From positions 124,001 to 188,000 of the forward strand of contig JAQGDQ010000196.1 of assembly GCA_030141605.1 (NCBI GenBank): 64,000 nt of DNA, written 5' to 3'. Positions 12,101 through 22,200 of the stretch are shown here, one piece after another; within the stretch, counting starts at the first letter, position 1, and every line of letters begins with the position of its first letter. The translations under genes were made by a program, and so were the position numbers. Source of the DNA: Tubiluchus corallicola (taxonomy: Eukaryota; Animalia; Priapulida). Below the pieces are notes generated by a model. The model saw only the letters and a list, made by a program, of their open reading frames with translations, searched no databases and was not told the DNA's origin.

Positions 12101-13103
12101 AACAACATATCCAGTGTATTAAAACACTCACAAATAACGCAATACGCTGATGACACTACAATCTACATAGCCCATGAAAATGTCCAAACTGCAAAAAATT
12201 ATTTAGAAGAAGATATAAAAAAATATAAATATGGCATTTAGTCATTACAAGCTAAAAATGAATAATGACAAAACAGAATTCATGATACTGTCACCCTCAT
12301 TAAATACTAATGATGCATCATCAACCACTTTGACAATAGATAATGCTGTAATCAAACAAACTAACAATGTTAAATTCCTGGGCATACAAGTAGACAATAA
12401 TCTTTCATGGGATGATCACTTTAATAACATATACACAAAAATGGCATCTAGCACATCATATCTCCGACAAGTTAAAGGGCAACTAACAAAGGACACTAAA
12501 ACACTAATATATAAAACTTTAGTTCTACCACACTTCTTATATGGATGTACGCTACTTCAAAAAACCAAAAGAGAAAATTACTTAAAATTAAATCTCCTTC
12601 AAAACTATGCGTTGAGATTGATAGCTGGGTACTCATACAAACACAAGGCAGGTAGACAAAAATTCAAAGCTTCAACAACTAACCTGAGAAAAACTTTAAA
12701 ATTCCCAATCATTGAAGCACACAAAGAATATTTTACTCTGCTTTTTATATTTAAATACATTAACAACATCAGCAAACCATTCCAGAATAACAGATTTACC
12801 TTTTTTCCAAATCCTATCGTTAATTCCAGAACATTCAATCTAAAACAAATTAGGACAAATACCCACTATGGAACGAACTCTGTAATCAAACAAGCAATTT
12901 TACTTTGGAATTCTCTACCATTACAGGTTAAACAAATCAAGTCCCTATCAGCATTTAAAACAAAATTAAAATCACTAATATTAACCAGATATGAAATACC
13001 ATCACACCAGTACGACAACATACACACTAATTCCGAATTCATATACCCACGGCCATATTTATTAAATCATAGTTTTTTATTTTTTTTATTTTTTTGTGTA
13101 TAG
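9140..13103 (+). CDS. LINE ORF2: 300-aa hydrophobic leader, 2A-like motif, AP endonuclease, reverse transcriptase; three 1-nt frameshifts in A-runs
   Basis: APE: NIQSL, GITETWL, GGGVAMYI, IYRPP, MGDFN, PTR, IDH, SDH. RT: NYRPIS, QFGFR, FLDLSKAFDSINH, GIPQGTLLGPLLF, YADDT, KFLGI. Split into 9140-10531, 10531-11136, 11153-12241, 12231-13103. Confidence 0.9.
9989..10042 (+). other. 2A-like (StopGo) ribosomal skipping motif TIIRLLLILGGIETNPG|P
   Basis: Matches x-(I/V)ExNPG|P preceded by a Leu-rich stretch, with G in place of the canonical D. Sits immediately before the APE domain, the established position of 2A motifs in APE-type non-LTR elements. Confidence 0.75.
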
Positions 13104-15121
13104 TTGTAAATATGTTTGATTTTATTCGTCATTACTGCACAGTAGTTTAGATTGCACTGACGCATTTGCCTTCAGCAGTGTAAGTTTTTATTAACTAACA
13201 CTGATTGATTATCTCTATAAAGTTTTTATCAGTGATTATCAATGTTTTTAATGGCAAATAAATAATAAAACAAGAATGCACTCAGTAGAAAGCAGATCTC
13301 TGCCAAAGTCGAACAATGGTATTCTTATTCATCTGATTTTTTTGATTAAAAAATTTAATACAAAGATAAACAAACAAATATACAATAATGTACATGTGTT
13401 GGCATTATATAGACTAGCAAAAGACTCACATATTTGTTCATTAAATGAATTTATAATCAATAATGCTCGAATGTTCCACATGGTGTTTCTCTACCTTTTC
13501 ACCAATAATTTTGGGGGTAATAGACTGACAAATATATACGTATCAAGTCATTATAAATTATAGACAACGTTACACACTTTTACAAGCGTGAATTTCTAGA
13601 AAAGGAACTGGAACTAACACGCTGTTGTTTGTCATGGTAGAGGTAATAAAAAAAGAACTAAACACTCCCTCTGAGATCTCCATGAACGTTTCTTGTATGT
13701 AGTTTTGCTAATAAAAGAACTGGCGAAAAGATTCCCGTTTTGGCAGTCTTTCTCCACCAAATTTGCGCAATTTTCCCCTGTACTATTTGTACGTACATTC
13801 CACAGGTGCCATAATACTTCATTACACAAAAATTCTGTTTTGTGGGCGGGGTGCATTGTGAATGGGTTAACAATTGAGGGAGCTAAAAATGCTTTTGCCT
13901 AGGCAGGGACATATTACGACGCTCTAGGCTGATAGTTCTGTCCTACCCATCTCTTTAATGTAATGAGCAGATTAAATAATTACTTGTAGTGTATTAGAAA
14001 TATTATTAACCTGGTTTCTACGTTGTCATTATTAACTGCATAGCGCTTACATTTAAGCAGGCTGCGCAACTGCTTGTTGTGTGATACCTTGCACCTTTTC
14101 GTTATGTGAGATTTATATGTCACCTGAGCACAATAACTGCCTGTGGTGTGTTATAAAATTCGCCCTTTACATGAATAGGGAAGCATAGGCATTCTCCAAG
14201 AAGAATAGGTTTTTTCTAAAATTTGACGAACCTCAAACTTTAGCGCCCTAGGTTGTAGCCTAGTTAGCCTATTGGTTAAAGCGCCCCTGTGCCTATATGG
14301 CGTCCTATTACCCAGAGCTGACACTGCATAGATGTGTCTATCAATTTTTAACAGTGCATGGGCAAATATGTGAATCAAAACGCAGAGCAATAATGAGCAA
14401 TTAAATAATAGTTATTATAATTTTACAGCCTAAAATGCACTAAAATTTGTAATGAACGAGACAGTTCTTCTTAATTGATCAAGGTTATAAAGTCTACAAA
14501 GGGTTATGCAAGTAACATAACATAACATAGTGCAATGCAATACAACAGAACACCATCACATTATACAACACATCTTAATTTATATGATCTAATAACGTGA
14601 CGTAGTGTAACACAACGCTGTAAATTGTTCTGATATAATGTGCAATTTATATCTATTTATATCATTGAGATACTAATGTGACATAATTATGTCAGACTCT
14701 CTTGAATGCCAATTTTATTTAATTATATCACATTGTTGTGTTACTGCATCTAAACACTGTCTAAACGAGAAACGTTATATCCACATACTCTCACTCATTT
14801 TATTTTTTTGTAAAAAATTTGTGTTACATTTACTGTACAGTTTGTAGCAATACCATAGTATGGTTTGTGTAGATCAAAGATCTCGGTGATTGCTTAGCAG
14901 TGTTCTGCATTCTAGACTGTCTTGCTGTCCTGATCTTCTTTTTCACTTCCTCAGTTTTATCACTAAGTGCAAGTTCTATATACAAGCTAAATTCTTCACG
15001 CCATTTTTTCCATGCTTGTCACACATTGTGTGATTCGAAATTTAGTGCGTTAGGTGGTTTTAGCTGATTCGTGGTTCTCTATAAATTTGCCGTCCGAATA
15101 AATATTCAAAACAAACTAGTT

Positions 15122-15135
15122 CACTTCTGACACCA
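15122..15135 (-). other. LTR-retrotransposon primer binding site TGGTGTCAGAAGTG (probably tRNA-Leu complementary)
   Basis: Follows a ...AACA LTR-like end and precedes a gag-like frame. Confidence 0.65.
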
Positions 15136-15248
15136 TGTTAAACGCTACAATAATATTAGCAGCCAGACAAATGTGTGCATAATAAAGTAGTATTTATTAA
15201 GCTAATTAGGAACTTAAACAAAGAAGATCAGGACAGCAATACAGTCTA

Positions 15249-15409
15249 TTATCATCATCATACGCCCGTCACGTCTATTGTAGACATTGGGCAGGCAGAA
15301 TTCTAAAATAAAAGAAATCTGCCTTCAGACAGATAAACGCAGCAGTAATCCAGCAAAAAATCTAGACACTGCTACGCCAGTGGCTTGTCAGCACCACCTC
15401 CGAAAAAAG
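15249..15409 (-). mobile_element. Short 5'-truncated retroposon with (GAT)n tail and 8-bp TSD acagtcta
   Basis: acagtcta at 15241-15248 and 15410-15417; atcatcatcat tail at the left end; interrupts the right arm of the fold-back. Confidence 0.6.
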
Positions 15410-16263
15410 ACAGTCTAGAATGCAGAACACTGCTAAGCAATCACTGAGATCTTTTATCTACATAAACCATATCTATGGTATCGTTACACAGTCCAAATTA
15501 TTATTTTATATAGATAGATAATGCTTAAATATTCCGAAATATCTGATCAAACAGTGCCATTAAACGGCCTAGTTTAGTCAGACCCTTACTTTACTTTAAA
15601 CTTCACTTGACTACGTTTTCTGCGCATTTTTTAATTTTATTTTATGATCGGTAAGGAGTCACATGACTTGTATTTTGCTGTTTAAATCCTATCTTAAAAT
15701 TAACTTTTACTTGCTTAAAACAGCGATGTGATGTGCAGAACACTGCGCATTGTTCATCGCGTCTTAACATAACAACGTAACATAACATAACATAATTGGA
15801 TGACTAGATGACCAATTGGTCTTTCGCTGCCCTTTCTTCACATTTTTGTTGCTAAATTAATTGTATTGTAACTGTGCGCGTTAAAAGATAAATAAAAGAT
15901 TATTATTATTATTATAACTTAATGCAACATAACACAATATAACATACCATATATAATATACATTCAGATGTTGCTCAGTATTCTATTGCTGTAGCATTGC
16001 AGAGGGCCACGTTAAAACCTGTACTATAACTCAGTACTTAATTTTTAATTTCATGCCTATTTTCATTTTTACATTTATTACTCTCTGTACCCTAGCATTG
16101 AGTTTTAACAACTCTTCCGTTTCAATTGTTTTAACTTTTAAGACATCTAGCTTTATTCCTGGCTTCTCTAATGATTTCCCAAGCGATGGCGCGCAGGAAA
16201 AGTCGCTAAACCAAAAACACGGAGCGTCAAAATTATTTGAGTTAGAAGTGAATGAATGTTAGG

Positions 16264-19200
16264 ATGGCGGCGTCCAGTCCTCAAAAACCTTGGGAAACTG
16301 CGTATCAAGGCATTTCAGGGCTTACACCGAGTACATTAACGTCTACGTTAGTATATTTTTATGTGCAACATTTACTAAAATTTGGTGCGTTGTGTCATTG
16401 GTTACAGAAGGCGTAGCCGACTCGATAAGTCATTTATTTCACATTACATAGACATTTTATTTTTCTCCAATTTGCGTCACAAATTTTCGTTTTACAAAAA
16501 ATAACTTTTGTCTGTGGAGATGGGGCGAGGAAAGACCGTAGGTCATCTACTCACTCACCCCTTATAATTTAATGTCGATGACAGAAAAAGCATTGATGAC
16601 ACAGGATGCAAATAAACTAACAAAATAAAGCAATAACAAAAGCAGAATTATAAAAGCAAACATAACAACAATAGCATAAGCGAAAAAAAAGAATAAACAA
16701 ACAGTGGTAAAAATAAAATGATGATGAAATTAATCACAATGCCGTAATTTATGTAGATTTCTCATATTAAACGAATTTACACGAAATATTAGATACACAT
16801 TTACAATAGTTTCATGTAGTAGTAGTAGTAGTAGTTAATCTCCAGTAGTTATAATATAACTTTTGAGACAAATAGTTCTTCGACTGTAATTGCGACAAAT
16901 TGCACATTTAATAGATTGTCATCAACACCTAGGTGACTCCACTGGCAAGTTTTCTCACTATAATATGTAATCCAGCATCCTTGTTATAGGCATGTTCCAA
17001 TTAGCACGGTGATTAAATTTCAATGGATGATGTTCATAGTGTCTATCTAATTTTGATTTAAATAAATTTACAGATGTTGCTGTTCTCACATCACAGGGCA
17101 ATCTATTCCAGATTTCTGGCATCGTACAAGAAAAATAGTCGTATTTACCAGTTTTGTGTGCAGTTCTTGATTTATGAAGAATAGGACCTGATCTTGCTGT
17201 ACGATGTACTTCTAATTTAACAGGACAATCATCACAGCTGTAAACTCCAGATACATATTTGTATACATCAATTAGTTGGCCACGTAAACGTCTAAAAGCT
17301 AATGTAGTTAAACCTATTCGTTTTAACTGACTTTCATACGTCAAGTTCATTAGTTCCGGTAACATGTTGAAAGCTCTCATTTGGACAGTTTCGACTGGGT
17401 CCACTATATATGCCCTAGGACTATTCCAAATACTACTTCCATACTCCACTTTTGATCGCACAAGTGCCACATATAGAAGCTTGAAAGTTTGCAGATCTAG
17501 GTACTTGAAATTCCTCCTTATTAAAGCATTGTTTCGTTTGGCACTCTTTATGATTTCTGCTATGTGATCTTTAAAATTTAGTTTATTATCAAGTAATAAT
17601 CCAAGGTCTTTCTCACAAGCACTAAAGTCCAATTCTGCCGGAATGCCACTTGCATCATACATTTTGTATTTATATTCATATCCTGCTCCCACAGATACAA
17701 CCTTACACTTGTTGGGATGGAACTGCATACCATTTTCAACTGCCCAATCACAGAGCCCTTCTAGATCCAATTGAAGATCATTACAGCTGGTAAAAGAATC
17801 AGATTCAGACCAGATTTTGCTGTCGTCGGCAAAAAGACGAAGAGAATTACTCACACAACTAGGCAAGTCATTTATAAATACCACAAATAAACACGGACCT
17901 AATACCGAACCTTGCGCTACACCACTAGTAATCAAGGACTCAGTCGATTTGCAACCATCAACACACGTACATTGACTTCTATTTTCTAAGAAGTTTACTA
18001 TCCACTGTAAAACTGAACCAGTTATACCACAATTTTTAAGTTTTGCAAACAGAAAGTGATGAGGTACAACATCAAACGCCTTTTTCAGGTCCAGTAGTAT
18101 TATATCAAAAGGCTTATTAGCATCTTTTAACTCAAACCATGCATCGTAACATTGTAACAGTTGGGTAACCGTTGTTCTACCCTTAACAAACCCATGTTGT
18201 TCTTCACAAATAATGTTGTATCTTATCAGATGGTTCATTATATGTTTCCGCATGATTTTTTCTGTCACCTTATTAATTGTATTTAGTAAGCTAACTGGCC
18301 TGTAGTTCGATGGATCTGACTTGTCCCCTTTTTTATGAATGGGAGTAACCTGTGCCACCTTCCATTGTCCAGGTAACTGACAATCAGCAAAAGACCTATC
18401 CAGTAAGGTGTATATAGGCTTAAAAAGCACAGTTCTACATTCATTTAAAATACGTGGATGGTAACTATCTGGAGCGGATTTGTTTACATTGAGATTTTGT
18501 AACTCATAAAGCACCTCTTCTTCAGTTATGGAAACATTGCTGATATCAGGATATTGTTGCACTGTAGTTACTTCATAGTCAGAAGCGTTGGGACTAAATA
18601 CACTAATGAAAAAATCGTTCAAAATTTGTGCCTTCTCCTCTGAATCAGAGACAAGAATACCTTGGGAATTCTTCAGTGAATGAATTCTAGACTTTGGCTT
18701 CCGAAGCGCATTGATATACTGCCAGAATGCCTTGGGATTACTCTTGCAATTACTTGCTAAAATACGTTCATATCTTTTTCTCGCAGTAGTTATAAGGTTT
18801 TTCACCACATTACGCCTTGCAGCATACCGTTCATAAGAAAGTTTTGTTCTTCGTCTCTTCCAGTCAAAAAACAACTTTTCTTTCTCCTTAATACAGCCAA
18901 GCAACTGCTTAGTTAACCAAGGAGGCCGAGGTCGACTACTCTTATTATAAAAACTTGGATAGAAACTAGGCACATATTCATCAACAACTGACATGTACAC
19001 ATTATGAAATTTTGTCCACATATCATCAAGAGTAAGATTACTATTTAAAACATTAATCCAATCAACTTGGCTAAATGCATTACACATACTTTCATGTACA
19101 ATATATAGGCTTTTATAGTGAAAGGGCCTACAATGAACATAATACAAATAAGCTTCTTATTGTTTCTGCAAAAGAAAAGCCTCACACACTGTTCACCTAT

Positions 19201-22200
19201 GTACAAATGTGTTGTGGGCAATCAAAAAGCATGGCTTGTTAGATTGTCCCACACAGTGAAAGAAAAAAAGTAATAGAAATAATCAGGAAATTTAAAGTGA
19301 ATCGTATGATAAAAAAACATTTAGTGCTTAAAATGGAATGATGTAATGAACGAAGCTCATATATAAGATGATATAAAAGATAGAAAGACTATTATTTATT
19401 AATAGTATGTAAAATTAAGATAAGTTGAGTAAGATAACACCACTGTTTTGCCATTACTGTGAGGATGGATACTGATAGAAGTTTTGATTACTCACTGATA
19501 CTTACTTAAGTTTTTTATCATTGCATTTTAAGTTTCAGTTTGTAAACTATAGCAGCTATGGATGTTGACACAGGGTATAAGAGTATATGGATTCGTTTTT
19601 AAATCTTCAGGAATTCCAGAATCCCTCATCCACATGGAAATAATGTCCGGAATTACAGCTCCACTACAACTGTTAGTGGATCAGGTGGGGGTGACCAGCA
19701 GCCTCCACCACTTCCAACTCGACCAGCTCAGCAAGTGAATAGGTATTCCGGTTTTACTCCATATGGTACTGGTTTGGGAGGCATGTACTCACCATACAGT
19801 ACAGGGTATGACACATTCATTTTTGTTTATATTGGCAGTAAACGGCAAAGTATTATAATCAATTTTCATTGTGAAATTATTTTAACAATTATTAATTTTG
19901 TTTGTGGTTTTATACAGTTCGACTCACTGCAAGCCGCTATCCGTACTTACAACATTTACTTAATGTAGGTGGTTGTAGCAGTAACATAATAACGTAACAG
20001 AACTCAACTCATTACAAAATAGTTACTCTTTCTCTTTATTTTGCACTATGGTTTTCAAACTGTGACAATAGTTTTTACATTCTCTGTTTGTGTCTATTTT
20101 TCAGACTTTATGGTGGTTATGGTGGATATTCAGGAATGTACAGCAATGGACTTTATGGTGGACCATATAATTCAGTTGGAGCTACTGACCAGAGTACCTT
20201 TGCCAGAGCAGCAGAGGAAAATTCGAGGTATCTATTTTCGCCATGTATTGAATTTATTTTTTCTTCATTCTCATTCGTACGAGTTGTTACTATGGTAATT
20301 TGATAATGCCATGTTTTTACAACCTACCATAGAGCTTTAAAGCAATGCATGATGCGTATTAACTGTTTCCAACTAGATGCAGAGCAACATAATTATTGGC
20401 TTCTTCCAACATTCCAAAAAAAATGGAAGAAGTAGTAACCAAAACTCACCTAACCAGGAAGCCAATTAACGACACTGGTCAACAGAAACATGAAAACTCG
20501 CTTAATCGTCTAAGCAATGACTGTTTCCCATCTGCATGATATAGTGTTCACATTCATCTGAATACTTGTCATGCATCACACGTTATAGATTGTGCATTAA
20601 ATACATGTGGAAACACTTCCAATACACACAATGTGTATGCAAATACAAACTGTAGTATACGCTCTATGCATCATGGACCATGCATCACACATTTACTTGT
20701 ACATGGAGTGCGACCTTTATGCATATTGAAGAAGCAATCATGCAGAACAATAAAACCTTGGTTTTGTTAGGAAACTATTCTGCTTAACCTTGCTTGGCTC
20801 ACTATAACTTTGTTAGGCGAGTATGTTTTTATGTAAGTGGTAAAAATGAAATGATGAAGAAATAAAGTGAAATGCATTTGCCAAGACACAAAATTCTACG
20901 GATGCCTTCCAATGGGAAAGCCTGTAGCATGAGAGTTAATGCCGCACCAGTTAATAGGCCTTTGTTTGTATCGGCGTTACATAATTGATAAGAGCTTGTC
21001 TATTTCCAAGCTGTTTTATAGCGCTGTTTTGGTCACTTATTTCAAACTGCATAGAGATAAACTGTATTTTGTTTATTATGCAATCTGCCAAATAAGCTAT
21101 GTAGAAAAGAGAGAAAAGAACAGCAGAATAAAGGATTATCGCACAAAACAAAAAAATATCAAAACAATGATCTGAAGAACAAACTGCTTTTGCATCATTT
21201 GGATTTATATTTAGCTAAGGCGAAGCAAACCAAAGTGTTGAATTTTGATTTTTGAACTAGTTGTGGTATTGAATAAATTTCTAAGTAATGCATTCTGTTG
21301 TTATAGGCAAGCATTTCAGTCTATAGAGTCAATTGTTCGAGCAGTTGGGTCTGTCAGTATGATGCTAGAATCGACTTTCAATGCCGTGTATAGTTCATTC
21401 CGAGCTGTTTTGGGTGTGGCTGACCACTTTTCCAGGTAGGTTATAATGGACAGCCATCAGTTGCCGATGTATGTTAGTTTTATTTGAAAATTTTTGCAGC
21501 ATGCAATTTTGCAAAGGCCTACCTGAGTGTACCAAGTTTTACCCCGTCAGTGTTGTATGTCTAGTCCGCACAACTTGGTCAGGGTTTTTACTATGATGTC
21601 ATTGCTTACAAACTTCTTGCCATAGTAATTGCTAAGGTGTTGTTGTTACTATGTAGTCGTTGCCAAGAAGCAGTGTCTAACCCAAAATTCTTTAAAGTTT
21701 TTGCACTATAGTAATCAAATTGTCTAAAGTTTTTACGTCAGTAACCAAATTTTCTAAAGTTTTGGCTCTAGTAACCAAATTTTTTAAGATTTTGCTCTAA
21801 TAACCAAATTTTCTATACTTAAAGCTTTTGCGCTAGTAACCAAATTTTCTAAAGTGCACTAGTAACTATAATGTGATATTTTAGAGAATGCAATTAAGAA
21901 TTAATAGAAAATCTTTAAATTTTATTTTCAAAAATTTTTGTGATTGGCCAATTGGTCAGATGCAACAGTGTGATTGGCTATCTCTGTAACTAAATAATGC
22001 TGTTTTAAATGCTATTTTCAGTGCAATAAATGCTTCTTGTTGATGTTCACGTGCACTGTTTTGAGGTATTATATAAACACATGATGTGATTTTGTTTCTT
22101 TAGGACACATAAATGTAAGAAAAGGGACATTTGACTGAATTTCAATTTCAAGATTCAGCTTTAGATGACAGTCATAAATTGCTTGTACAATATAGTTTGC

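Larger units (their letters stand above)
7306..13270 (+). mobile_element. Full-length CR1/L2-group (Crack/Daphne-like) non-LTR retrotransposon
   Basis: 5' UTR with (agttgtc)x3, ORF1, ORF2 (APE + RT), 3' UTR ending in an aaataaataataaa tail. Boundaries approximate; no convincing TSD. Confidence 0.9.
14843..15488. mobile_element. Fold-back structure (~100-bp inverted arms) enclosing a Ty3/gypsy LTR-end/PBS/gag fragment
   Basis: Arm 14843-14941 is the near reverse complement of 15220-15248 plus 15410-15488. The interior minus strand reads ...TTAACA-TGGTGTCAGAAGTG, then a degenerate LKPPNALNFESHNV*QAWKKWREEFSLYIELAL. Confidence 0.7.

Noticed and set aside
10517-12223. Programmed ribosomal frameshifting in LINE ORF2
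   Set aside because: Three shifts in mixed directions, all in homopolymers and with no evident stimulatory structure; indel error is more parsimonious.
7299-13273. aaacaa as the TSD of the full-length LINE
   Set aside because: Six A-rich bases are not significant in this composition.
19090-19147. N-terminus of the 729-aa ORF as a real start
   Set aside because: Lies outside the TSD-defined element; chance open frame in flanking intron.
21690-21870. Possible CRISPR array
   Set aside because: Head-to-tail minisatellite without spacers.
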